Positions 13,801 through 25,906 of a DNA stretch of 64,000 nt are shown here, in pieces. The number at the start of each line of letters is the position of its first letter. The first letter of the stretch is position 1. A model generated the notes under the pieces. The model had not been told where the DNA came from and ran no database searches. It saw only the letters and a list, made by a program, of their open reading frames with translations. The stretch is from Eledone cirrhosa (Eukaryota). The stretch is taken from the NCBI GenBank assembly GCA_964016885.1, contig OZ024760.1:31806001-31870000 (forward strand). The letters are read 5' to 3'. Position numbers and translations under genes: made by a program.

Positions 13801-14990
13801 CTAAGTATAGGGGTTTACTTTTAGCTAGGTACTTCTCCTGTAGTTGTCGTACAAGGAAAAGAGCGTCTGTGGTACTTTTACCTGACACAAACCCGAACTA
13901 CATTTCGTCTAGATCAATTCGCTCTCTGATTAGTTGCGCTATTACTTTTTCTGTGACCTTCATGACCTGGTCAATTAATTTAATGCCTCTATAGTTTCCC
14001 CTATCTAGGGCATCACCTTTACCCTTGTAGCAGTTAATGATGATGCTGCTGCGCCAGTCCTTCGGAACGACCCCATTCTGTATGACTTGGTTTACTATCC
14101 GGGTGACCATAGTGTGTCCCACCATTCCAGATGCTTTCAGCATTTCGGCAACTATTTCCGAAGGCCCGTATATATAGAATAATGTAAATGTTATGCGAGT
14201 TATTATGTGAGGTAAAACCTTTACTCTGAAAATATAATAGTATATATAGAGTAATGTAAATGATATGTGAGGTAAAGCCTTTACTGTGAAAATATAATAG
14301 TTTATATAGAGTAATGTAAATGTTATGTGAGGTAAAGCCCTTACTGTGAAAATACAATAGTATATATAGAGTAATGTAAATGTTATGTGAGATATTATGT
14401 GAGGTAAAGCCTTTACTGTGAAAATATAATAGTATATATAGAGTAATGTAAATGTTATGTGAGGTAAAGCCTTTACTGTGAAAATACAATAGTATATATA
14501 GAGTAATGTAAATGTTATGTGGGATATTATGTGAGGTAAAGCCTTTACTCGGAAAATATAATAGTATATATAAAGTAATGTGAATGTTGTGAGATATTAT
14601 GTGAAGTAAAGCTTTTACTGTGAAAATACAATAGTATATATAGAGTAATGTAAATGTTATGTGAGGTAAAGCCTTTACTCGGAAAATATAATAGTATATA
14701 TAGAGTAATGTAAATGTTATGCGAGATATTATGTGAGGTAAAGCCTTTACTGTGAAAATACAATAGTATATATAGAGTAATGTAATTGTTATGCGAGATA
14801 TTATGTGAGGAAAAGCCTTTACTGTGAAAATATAATAGTATATATAGAGTAATGTAAATGTTATGTGAGGTAAAGCCTTTACTGTGAAAATACAATAGTA
14901 TATATAGAGTAATGTAAATGTTATGTGAGATATGTGAGGTAAAGCCTTTACTGTGAAATTACGATAGTATATATAGAGTAATGTAAATGG
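10885..14990. repeat. About 60/72-bp tandem satellite (TATGTGAGGTAAAGCCTTTACTGTGAAAATAYAATAGTATATATAGAGTAATGTAAATGT, with or without TATGTGAGATAT), split by an RTE
   Basis: Units read directly at 10885-12170 and 14168-14990. Confidence 0.95.
12172..14167 (-). mobile_element. RTE LINE subfamily B, 5'-truncated, inserted in the satellite
   Basis: RT motifs (YADD), Cys-rich finger, RLRWYGH C-terminus and (GAT)n tail. The satellite resumes in register on both sides (AATAGTAT | GTATATATAG). Confidence 0.93.
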
Positions 14991-15041
14991 TAAAGAGTTA
15001 ACTGGATGAATAAAGGACAGTTACAGTAGCAGAACATTTAC

Positions 15042-15215
15042 AATTCAAAATTCAATAAGACCAAGGATTAGTATTATTATTATTTATTTTTACATTGCTA
15101 CGTGTGTTTCAATGTGGCTAGAGTATCTCATCTATTTGTGGAGAAACGCATTGAAACGGCCATAGTGATGTATAAATAAATAATAATAATCCTTGGTCTT
15201 ACTGAATTTTGAATT
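15042..15215. mobile_element. Fold-back insertion, each arm carrying a hammerhead 3' half
   Basis: Arms 15042-15115 / 15149-15215. + strand CATT-GAAA-CGGCCA-UA and - strand CATT-GAAA-CACACG-UA. No intact CUGAnGA. Confidence 0.6.
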
Positions 15216-15224
15216 ACATATATA

Positions 15225-15665
15225 TCATCATCATCACCATCACCGCGTTTTACGTCCGTTCTTCCACGCTAGCATGGGTTAGATGGGTTGTCCTGTTGTG
15301 GGCAGTGTCCAGTCAGCTGACATTGTCTTGCTCATATGGGAACTGATTCTGGCTTGATTTCTACAGCTGGATGCTCTTCCTAACACCAACCTCATTTACA
15401 GTGAGTGCTGGGTGCTTTTTTTCCGTGGCGCCTCCACGTCCACTTTACAGTGTGGGCTGGGTGCTTTTTTGCCGTGGGACATCCACGACCACTTTGCAGT
15501 GGAATGATATGGACCCGAGTCCCTATCATCTCATTTCTCCAGAGTAAACTGGAGCAATGTGAAATAAAGTGTCTTGCTCAAGGAAACAACACATCACCCT
15601 GAGAATTGCACTCACAACCTTTTGATTGCAAAGCCAATGCTCTAACCACTAAGCCATGCGCCTTC
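15225..15665 (-). mobile_element. tRNA-derived SINE family 2 with RTE-A 3' tail
   Basis: Head has an A box (TGGCTTAGTGG) and a decayed B box, followed by a CCTTGAGCAAGACACTTTATTTCAC body. The 3' ~280 bp match the RTE-A 3' UTR (6230-6514). Confidence 0.85.
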
Positions 15666-15710
15666 ATATATATATATATATACATTTACAGTGTGGAATA
15701 TATATATATA

Positions 15711-15900
15711 TTCCACACTGTAAATGTGGTTGGTGTTGAGAAGGGCATCCAGCTGTAGAAAACCTGCCAGGTAGTCCTATATGCCTATATGAGCGAGACA
15801 CGGTCACCCGACCAATCTTGCCTCAAGTGGGACAATTCCCATCTAACCCATGCTAGCGTGGAAGATGGACATTAAACGATGCTTATGATGATGATGATGA
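15711..15900 (+). mobile_element. RTE-B 3' UTR fragment
   Basis: Matches 36113-36290 and has a (GAT)n tail. Confidence 0.85.
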
Positions 15901-16135
15901 TCATCATCATCATTTTACGTCCGCTTTTCCCTGCTTGCAAGGGTGAGACAAGAACTAATTCTGGCTTGATTTCTACAGCTGGATGCCCTTCCTAACACCA
16001 ACCTCATTTACAGTGAATGATGGGTTCTTTTTTGCCGTGGCACCTCCACGACCACTTTGCAGTGGAATGATAGGGACCCCAGTCCCTATCATCTCATTTC
16101 TACAGCTGAGTAAACTGGAGCAATGTGAAATAAAT
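15900..16135 (-). mobile_element. 5'-truncated SINE family 2, tail-to-tail with the RTE-B fragment
   Basis: Matches 36357-36597. Confidence 0.8.
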
Positions 16136-16574
16136 GGTAAATTGTTATTAATAATTTTGCGTTAAAAAATATATATTGTCACGAAAAAAGCCATAAAAAA
16201 ATTACGGAAGATATTTACGATTCCGCGAATAGGCGGTGGTTTCCACAAACAGTTATTAGATAGGATCTAAGGGACCACAAACAATTATTAGGTAGGTTGT
16301 AAGGGACCATGAATGGTGGGGTAGGTGGGGGGCTACACTATATATATATGTAGATGCACACAGAGAAAGTGGTATGTATGTATAATGGGAATGTTGTATA
16401 TAAGCGGGGGAGAGAACCATTCTTTGTGGCAAGTGAAAAGAAAGGGAAAAAAAACAAAAACAAAGAAAAGTGTTAACAGATCTGTTGAGTGACAGATGTC
16501 ACACAACAGATGTAATAGTTTTGATGTAGCATAGTGTGGCAAACTGTACATCTAGCTTGTATATCTAGTCATTC

Positions 16575-17697
<1,123 letters not shown>

Positions 17698-17700
<3 letters not shown>

Positions 17701-17927
17701 CGCGGCCATATTCATTTGTATTTGGTTTATTAGAATCCGTAATATATATTTCGCTAAGGACTCTCAGTTATGACAGCCTGAGCTTCTTAAATAGTAAACC
17801 TTTAAAACAATGAAATATTATCTAAAAAACACTTTAGATTCGGAAAAGGTTTGTTTTTGTTGATACAGGGGCCTGCCGCATGTGTGATGTTATTTCCTCA
17901 ACGGTCAGCCGTAGTTAACCCCTCACT
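17698..17927 (-). mobile_element. Short insertion in (TA)n with a decayed hammerhead-like motif, PLE pLTR-like
   Basis: Minus 17794-17733 reads uuuAAGA-a-GCUCAGG...CCUUAGC-GAAA-UAUAUAU-UA, followed by AATAAA. The core CUGA is mutated. Confidence 0.45.
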
Positions 17928-17938
17928 ATATATATATA

Positions 17939-20680
17939 TCATCATCATCATCATCATCACCGTTTTACGTCCGTTCTTCCATGCTAGCATGGGTTAGACG
18001 GGTTGTCCTGTTGTGGGCAGTGTCTGGTCGGCTGACCATGCCTTGCTCATACAGGAACTGATTTTGGCTTGATTTCTATGGCTGGATGCCCTTCCTAACA
18101 CCAACCTCATTTACAGTGAGTGCTGGGTGCTTTTTTCCGTGGCGCCTACACGTCCACTTTACAGTGGGAGGGTGTGGGGCATATTGTCTATATGCCTCAG
18201 CTTGTACCCATGGGAGGTCGGGTACTCTGAATTACTGCATGACGCCAGAGGTCACGGTCGTGTGTCATCGCCTTTGAGAGGTGTAATTGGGTAAGGTCGG
18301 CTTTTATCACCTCATCCCAGGTCTTCTTAGGTCTCCCTATTCCGCGGTTTCCATTGACTTCTTGTGCTCTGCACCTTTTTATGCAGCTGTCATCCTTCAT
18401 ACGCATCACATGTCCATACCAATGCAACCGCCTCTCCTGCACACAGCATTTGATTCCTCTTATGCTCAGTCTCTCTCTCAATTCATTTATGCTTTGCCAT
18501 TCGTGTATATTACTATTACACATCCATCGAAGCATGCAGGCTTTGTTTCTTTCTAGTCTACATAAGTCTTCCACCTTCAGCGCCCAGGTCTCACTACCAT
18601 GTAACATTGCTGTTCATATACACGCATCATACAGTCTGCCTTTCATTTTGAGGGAAAAGTCTTTTGCAGCTAGCAGTGGCAGTAGTTCCCTGAACTTCTT
18701 CCATCCCGTTCTTAGCTTAGTTATTGTACTTTCTGAACACCCACCTCCGCTGCTAATTTGGTCATCTAGGTAGCAGAAGCTGTCTACTTTTTCTACAGAG
18801 CCCTCCCAGAGATTGGTGGTACTTGTTTCCTGTGGCTGTTTGCCGCTTGCTGTCCCAGCACGGCTGCTACATGTGAAGCCGACATTCTTAATTAAGCTTC
18901 CTGAGATCCTGCTACATCTCTTGTGTACCCATTGTTTGCATTTGGGGCAGAGAATGGAGTTCCTACCTACACCTTTCCTACATACTGAGCAAGGCCATTT
19001 CCCTGAGGGGATCTAGATTCTGTTTTCTAGTCTATTTACAAGGACCTTAGTCTTTGTCAGGTTGACTTTGAGACCCTTTCTTTCTAGTCCCTGCTTCCAA
19101 GTTTGCAATTTCTTCTCTAGTTCTACCATAGATTCAGCTCTAAGTGCGAGGTCATCTGCATACAGGAGTTCCCATGGGCATCCGGTCTTAAACTCCTCCG
19201 TTATTGCCTGCAGGACTATGATGAACAGGAGAGGGCTAAGAACAGAGTCCTGGTGGACACCAACCTGTACGCTAAATTCTTCGCTAAACTCATTGCTAAT
19301 CCTAACTTTGCTGAGTGCTCCCCTATACATGGCTTGTACAGCTTTCACAAGCCATTCATCTACTCCTAGTTTTCTAAGAGCCCACCAGATTATAGCACGT
19401 GGAACTCTGTCAAAGGCTTTCTCAAGATCGACGAATGACAGGTAGAGTGGCTTACCTTTAGCTAGGTACTTTTCTTGTAACTGACTCACAAGGAAGAGGG
19501 CATCAGTGGTGCCTCTTCCTGGCACAAACCCAAATTGCATCTCATCTAGTTTCACCCGGTCCCTAATCAACTGTGCTATAACTCTTTCTGTTACTTTCAT
19601 GACCTGGTCCATCAGCTTTATACCTCTATAGTTTCCTCTATCTAGTGCATCACCTTTACCTTTGTAGCAGTGGATGATGATGCTACTGTACCAATCTTTT
19701 GGTATGACACCTCCTAGTATTACCTAGTTAACAATACGTGTGGTTATAGTGTGACCTACAGACCCAGATGCCTTCAGCATCTTGGCAGCTATACCCAATG
19801 GACCGGTTGCCTTCCTCATCTTCATATCTTTGATTGCCTTACTTACTATGCTGCTAATGACTTGTACTTCTGGCCCCTCTATAGGGTCTACTTGGGGTAG
19901 GGTCTCTTCTTCCCATGCATTCTCCTCATTTAGTAATCTATCATAATGGCTCTTCCATGCATCTTTCTTCTCAGCACTTGTGAGGGCAAGCTCACCTTTA
20001 TCATTCCAGATACACTTCTCTCCAATGACATCACAATTCTTTCTGACACACAGCCTCACAATCTTGAACACCTCCTGTTTCTGGTCCTCATGTTGCAAAA
20101 CATGCTTGAATTTTCTATCCTCTGCTTCCCTCCTAGCTAAGTATACTTGTTGCCTAGCTTCCCTCTTGGTCTCTATATAATGTACCCTGCTCCCCCCATT
20201 CTTCCATTCTTTCCATGCCTGTCTCTTGGCCTTAACTGCCTCATCTACCTTATTGTCCCACCACCAAGTCACTCTCCTCCTGCTTGTGGGCTTACTCCAG
20301 CCACAGATCTCATCCGTCGCCTTTAGTAAGTTATTTTTTAGGAACTCCCAGTGCTCTTCTACATTGAATGTCTCTATCTGTTCTTCTTTACTGTCGTAGG
20401 CGTTAAGTAAAATATCTTTAAATCTGTTACTGGCTGAGGGGTCTTTCAGCTTCCAGATCTTTCTTCTCCAGGTTGGCCTCTGTTTCCAGGTTTGTCTAGT
20501 TCTGACCGTGAGGTCGCTGACAACTAAGCTATGTTGGGAGGTACATTCCTCACTAGGGAAGGCTTTTGTGTTTACGACCGTCCATCTGTCACGTCCTCTG
20601 ATGAGGATAAAATCTATCTGACTAGAATGCTCCCCTGATCTATAGGTGATTAGGTGGTTGTCGGGATTTTTGAAGTTTGT
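17939..20680 (-). mobile_element. RTE LINE subfamily A, longest copy (about 2.7 kb, decayed ORF)
   Basis: APE endonuclease C-terminal motifs (ITYRSG..SSQIDFILI, SQHSLVVSDL), TWWW linker, RT (YADD), Cys finger, C-terminus and (GAT)n tail. Multiple stops. Confidence 0.95.
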
Positions 20681-20696
20681 GATATATATATATATA

Positions 20697-21785
20697 TGTA
20701 TTTGTAAAAAAGGAAAAGAATGACTTCACTTGTAGTGTTAACAAATTTTTTGATTTCATTTTACAATATTACTAGCAGTGGTACCCGGCGCTGCACGGGA
20801 TAAGGTATTTTGGAACGCGGGCCGCCAACAGACCTAATCGTGGAAAAACTGCATGCCTGGACAATATGTAAAGAAAATAAACCGAATACTCTGATGGCTG
20901 GACAATCTTTAAGATTTTCCTCGATGAAGCAGGAAAAATGCAGGTTTTCACCTAATGCGGGCCCTAGGGGATCAAGAAAATGAATTTTTTTTATGTGCAT
21001 AATATACCTTGAAATTTCGGGAAAAGCCGGCCAGACGTAACGCCTCAAAAAAGCCCTAAAAATCTGAAAAATGAAGTTTTTCACTTAATGCGGGCCCTAG
21101 GCCATAAAAAAATTAGATTTTCTTTGCTTACGGTATGAAGAAGAGACTGACTAATACATAGTTACAATTTCAAGGAAATCGGTCTGACGTAATGCCTAAA
21201 AAAACCCCTAATAACCTAAAAAAACGCAGTTTTTCACCTAATTCGGGCACTAGGGGATCAAAAGGTTGAATTGTACGTGCATAACACTCCCTGAAACATA
21301 AATAATACACATGTAAAGTTTGAAAAAAATCGGTTGGGTACTTCTCGAGTTTTAGGGATTCAAACTCTCTCTCTCACACACACACAGACATCCTCAAGGA
21401 AGTGACGTAAAGCAGACAGCCAGACATACAAGTGCGCGACGTTATATGTATGTATCTATCTAAAAAGAGAAAGACTAAGAGTTATAGAGAGAGATCGCTA
21501 AATCGCCTAATGCGGTCCCTAGGGCATTGAAAATTTTAAATTTGTTTTTCTCAGAACACTTCCTGAAACATAAGTATTACATGTGTAAAGTTTGAAAACA
21601 GTCGGTTGGGTGCTTCTGGAGTTTTAGGGATTTAAACTCACACACACACACAGACAGACAGTTTTATATATATAGATAATATTATAAAATTAAATAAAAA
21701 CATTTTTTAACACTACAAGTGAAGTCATTCTTTTCCTTTTTTTCAAATATACCTAACTGTAGCAAGGATCTCACAAATTTTCCAA
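20697..21785. repeat. About 75-bp inverted arms (20697-20771 / 21677-21752) plus short tail, split at the axis by a Helitron
   Basis: AAAAAAGGAAAAGAATGACTTCACTTGTAGTGTTAA versus TTAACACTACAAGTGAAGTCATTCTTTTCCTTTTTT. Confidence 0.8.
20772..21676 (-). mobile_element. Non-autonomous Helitron with complete termini
   Basis: Minus strand reads A|TCTATATATATAAAACTGTCTGTCTGTGTG ... CCCGTGCAGCGCCGGG (hairpin) TACCACTGCTAG|T, giving a 5' TC, a 3' CTAG and an A^T target. Four internal CTAATGCGGGCCCTAGG-type repeats. Confidence 0.88.
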
Positions 21786-21840
21786 TATATATATATATAT
21801 ATATAAATACCAATAATAACCCAAACAATATTCAATTAAA

Positions 21841-22272
21841 TACTGTAACTGTAGAAATAAATCTAACTGTCCGTTAAGTAACAACTGCTTAGCTAAAAAT
21901 GTAGTGTACAATTGTAATGTTAAAACTAATTTAAATTCATTTAACTATGTTAGTTCCACCTCTACAGAATTTAAATTTCGCTTCAATAATCATAAGAATT
22001 CTTTCACAGATCCAAACAAAAAATCTTCAACTTCGCTATCTAGCCTACTATGGGACCTAAAACGAGATAATATTAAGTATTCGTTGAATTGGAATATTAT
22101 TTCTAAAGCTACTCCTTTTAATTCCTCTTCAGAAAATTGTGATCTTTGTATTGAAGAAATATTCTTTATATTAAAGTCCAAAAATTCCCTTAATCTGAGG
22201 AACAATTTATTCAGTTGCTGCAGACATAGATTGAACTCAACGTTTAAATATAAATATAAATTTAAAATGTAG
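21841..22272 (+). pseudogene. GIY-YIG endonuclease domain remnant of a Penelope-like retroelement
   Basis: YCNCRNKSNCPLSNNCLAKNVVYNCNV...YVSSTSTEFKFRFNNHKNSF...TSLSSLLWDLK...W.I...CDLCIEE...LNLRNNLFSCCRH shows the CNCR-CPL-C / VVY-YxG / CxLC / CRH pattern of Naiad/Chlamys PLEs. Confidence 0.85.
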
Positions 22273-23862
22273 TATAATTAATTAAGTAATTTTAGTTAAT
22301 ATATGGAACCTGTCGATAATCCATTAGATTCCTTCACCTTTTTCTTTTTAAACTTTCTTCCTAAATATAAACATGGATATAATAAACTACTCTAAAATGT
22401 CTATACTTCCAATGTATTAAATAAAATATACGTAAGGTAAATTTCTATATTAAATATAAGGTTATCTGTAGAATCATTGGGTTTTTTTAAATTTTTTAAA
22501 TCTTTTAAATTATTTTTTTATTTATTTGTTTTGATTATGATAGCTTCTCATAACTTTCACAAGTCTACCCTCTCAATATCTTGATTGAGATATACGTAGG
22601 ATAAATTTCTATACTAAATATATAAAACATATTATTTTAACTTAAGATACTCTATAGTGTTTTAATGATATTTAATGCTTTGATATTTCTAGATTTCTTT
22701 TGACTATATAGTTGCATTTCCAAAATATATTCCTTTGGTATTTTAAATTTGTATTGTTATGGTTATATTTACAAATTATAATCCTTTGGTAATTTATTGA
22801 TATTGGATTATCTCTATACAAATGCATATGTGTGTATTAACATGCATAGAAAGTGTTATAGATTTTTTGTGTTTGTATATGTGTCTGTATATATACATGA
22901 GTGATGCATGAGGACGCACGCAAATATTTATTTATACATATGTATGTGTATATATGTATGTATATATATCTATGGTTGAGGGGTATGTTGCAGATGTGCA
23001 TAATATTAAACACATGAATGGTAATCGTATATATGAGGACATGATTGTTAATCGTATATATTTGTATATATATACTGTGAAATTTTTATAACACAATGAG
23101 TATATAGCAGTGATTAAGAGAAATCATTTACGTTTTGTATGGCTATATTGTTGGCTTGAGTAAACATAATTTCTATTTTCAGGACGTGCGTATCTATATG
23201 TATGTATATATACATATATATTTGTATGTCTTTGCATAAAATACTAATCTCTATAACAAGGGTACATTTTGAACTCGGATTTTGGTATATTGATCTCAAG
23301 TTTCTAAACTAAACATATGGTCATTATTGAACAATGTTTAATTTCTCATATTATATATCTATGTCCCATTCATGAATATTGATACTTATATTTATATTTT
23401 TATTATTCATTTCATATTAACTGTTAACTCAACTTAATATGACACGACGTAAAATTGTCACTGTCCCCCCCTCTCTTTATATAGTATTTCTCTCTCTTGA
23501 GTTTTTCTTTCTGTATGATGACTTGATATCTCTCTGTTGCTTTCCTTTGTTTTTCTTATTCCTTCCTTTTCTTTCTTTTTTATTTCCTCCTATCTTTATC
23601 TATCTTTATCTATCTCTTTCTTTTCTCCATACACTTCTCTCTCTCTCCGATTTTTCTCCAGGTTTTCTTTCTCTTTTCTTTCTCTCTCTCTGTCTTTGTT
23701 CTTTTCTCTCTCTCCGTCTTTTTTCTTTCTCTCCGTCTTTTTCTAATTGTGCTTAACACTATGACTTATTATATAAACAAATCACTATCCAGACAGCCTC
23801 CAAAAGTAATGGTTGTATTTTAAAGGGTACGTCAAACCTATTTGTAAAACTGTTATATATTG

Positions 23863-23927
23863 TATTTTGTCTGATGAAGGCATACCATAATTTAATGTGG
23901 TATCCCTGAAATATGTATAATGAAATA
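23863..23927 (+). ncRNA. Minimal type I hammerhead ribozyme motif, intact core
   Basis: UAUUUUGU-CUGAUGA-AGG c AUACCA uaauuuaaug UGGUAU c CCU-GAAA-UAUGUA-UA-AUGAAAUA. Stem I is 8 bp with two G-U pairs. Confidence 0.82.
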
Positions 23928-24055
23928 AATATGGTTTTATAAATATAGTTTCCATTTATTAATATCGTATATCTACTCCAAAAATTTGTCGAGTGCTTTA
24001 TATCAGTTATAAAAATATTTACTTGTTGTATCCCAACAACTTTAAATAGAACTTT

Positions 24056-24149
<94 letters not shown>

Positions 24150-24177
24150 ATTAGAAAGTGAACAACACAAAATATAA

Positions 24178-24250
24178 CTACTCCATTACCAAAGGTTTCT
24201 GATTCCCAGACAATATTAATATATGTCTGGATCAGTCATTAAATAAATAG
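24178..24250 (-). ncRNA. Decayed hammerhead-like motif
   Basis: Minus strand reads CUAUUUAU-uUaAUGA-cUGAU CCAGACA...UGUCUGG ga AUCA-GAAA-CCUUUGG-UA-AUGGAGUAG, with two core substitutions. Confidence 0.45.
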
Positions 24251-24305
24251 CTCTGTCCTATACATAGAGCACTCTTTTTTGCTTTGCTTTATCTTCGGAA
24301 TTACC

Positions 24306-24373
<68 letters not shown>

Positions 24374-24457
24374 CTATATAACGAAGGAGTTGTGGTAAGG
24401 AACCAGATGGACCATAACGCACCAGAGTACTCATTACTTAGGGTAGTAGAGTGGGTA

Positions 24458-24581
24458 ATATAGGAGAAAGTATGACCCCAACGGCAGAGCTCAAGCCGTT
24501 TTGACGGCTATTTCTGGACTACCAGAAATAGTCGTCGAAACGGCTTGAGCTCTGCCGTCGGGGTCATACTTTCTCCTATAT
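24458..24581. repeat. Near-perfect 60-bp-arm hairpin with 4-nt loop, centred on a hammerhead stem II
   Basis: Arms differ at about 3 positions. The right arm reads GUCGUC-GAAA-CGGC uugagcucu GCCG-UC-GGGGUCA, an HHR 3' half with a GUC site. Confidence 0.8.
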
Positions 24582-24582
24582 A

Positions 24583-25548
24583 CAGGGTGTGGACAATATT
24601 TGTTCGCAATTTTCAACTGCTAATTTTATGCAAATTTTTTTTACTTCCGTTGTCACTCCTGTCTTCATAAAAACAGTGACTATATCTCCATTATTTATTT
24701 TCAGAATAATTGATTATGAATAATTTTGAACCTCCAAATTTGTGGAAGAGACACGGAGTTCTTCTTGGAATCTGCGCCGGGAGGACAAATAAGGAAATTT
24801 CAGACTTTCTCAGTGTCAGCGGGAGAATGGTGGAAAAGGTCAGAAAGGAATTGGAAGATTCAGGATTCGACTACGAAGCAAAATCAGAGAGGAAAACACA
24901 TGATCGACGATCTGACGCCTTCAGAACGCCCTGAAGTTCGTCGCTGAAGTTCAGGATATCATCAACAATGAACCTAGCAAGTCGATGCGTGCCATTGCAA
25001 GGGAGAAAGGCGTGGATGAAAAGCTCATTAGGCTGGTGGTACATGAAGACATTCGCTACGTTTCATTCAAGATGAGGAAAGGACAATTTCTGTCAAAGGC
25101 GATGCAAGAAAAGCGACTGAAGCACGCAAAGAAGTTAATCAACAAGTTGAAACACCCACTGGAGCCAGACATGCTGTGGTTTTTTTCCGACGAGAAAAAC
25201 TTCTGCCAAGACTAGAAGATCAACTCCCAGAACAACAGATGGCTCGCTGTCTCATCCAAAGACATGGCCAGAGGCATGCAGAGAAAGTTTCCAGCGACAA
25301 CATTGGTCTTAGGTGTCGTCAGCAGATCTTTAGGGGCCTAAGTCGGGGGACAGTGACGAAAGCCTGTAGCCGGTTCCGAGGCCGCCTTGGGGCCGTCATC
25401 AAAGCCAATGGCGGGTTTATCGAGTGAGATCGAAAGAACAAGTCATGAAGACAAACTGACCCAAGTTTGATAAATATATCTTAAAAAATAAAACTACTGT
25501 GTTATTTTTTCTTAGACAGTAATCTTGTGAACAAATATCGTCCGCACC

Positions 25549-25551
<3 letters not shown>
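24583..25551 (+). mobile_element. Tc1/mariner-superfamily transposon (DD37D/maT-like), internally deleted
   Basis: TA-flanked imperfect TIRs CAGGGTGTGGACAATATTTGTTCGCAA / TTGTGAACAAATATCGTCCGCACCCTG. Transposase remnant at about 24716-25427 has HTH regions, WFFSDEKNF and the C-terminus KACSRFRGRLGAVIKANGGFIE*. The middle of the catalytic domain is missing. Confidence 0.9.
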
Positions 25552-25605
<54 letters not shown>

Positions 25606-25611
<6 letters not shown>

Positions 25612-25848
25612 CTGTTATTAATTCTGGCAATATTACAATATGTAAATTATGTAAACTATATATATGTGTTTGTGACTATATTGTATCTGTATTATTTTTG
25701 ACCGTCGGTCAGTCAATGGCAACATTGAGGACCGATTAAGTTAGATCGCAGATATAAAAGACAGCGAGAAACGAAAACCAACCAAACAGTGAGTGTGTTC
25801 TGTTATTAATTCTGGCAATATTACACAAATATGACCCTCCCCAAGTAT

Positions 25849-25853
<5 letters not shown>
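25606..25853. mobile_element. Short insertion in (TA)n with a 27-bp direct repeat and internal long hairpin
   Basis: TCTGTTATTAATTCTGGCAATATTACA occurs near 25611 and 25799. Hairpin TCGGTC-ag-TCAATG-GCAA-CATTGA-g-GACCGA. Confidence 0.5.

Positions 25854-25902
<49 letters not shown>

Positions 25903-25906
<4 letters not shown>

Larger units (their letters stand above)
10744..14997. mobile_element. TTAA-flanked (piggyBac-like) MITE expanded by an internal satellite array
   Basis: TTAA|CCCTTTAGCATTTA ... TAAATGGTAAAGAG|TTAA, with TTAA at 10740-10743 and 14998-15001. An inverted homolog lies at 41957-43343. Confidence 0.8.
21805..24060 (+). mobile_element. 5'-truncated Penelope-like element (Naiad/Chlamys-type): GIY-YIG end, long AT-rich 3' region and hammerhead-bearing pLTR
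   Basis: Bounded by (TA)n on both sides, with the endonuclease fragment and the HHR on the same strand. That they form one element is inferred. Confidence 0.7.

Noticed and set aside
10847-14895. Repetitive ORFs MYFHSKGFTSHNI... (also 41949-43225)
   Set aside because: Translations of the 60/72-bp satellite, whose unit lengths are multiples of three.
17865-17925. Possible twister ribozyme on the minus strand (AGGGGU-UAAC...GCCCCU)
   Set aside because: A P1-like helix and UAA are present, but P2 is mismatched and the pseudoknot and conserved L1/L4 residues are absent.
25695-25745. SECIS element
   Set aside because: No matching NGAN on the 3' side of the putative UGAN core, and no linked UGA-containing ORF.
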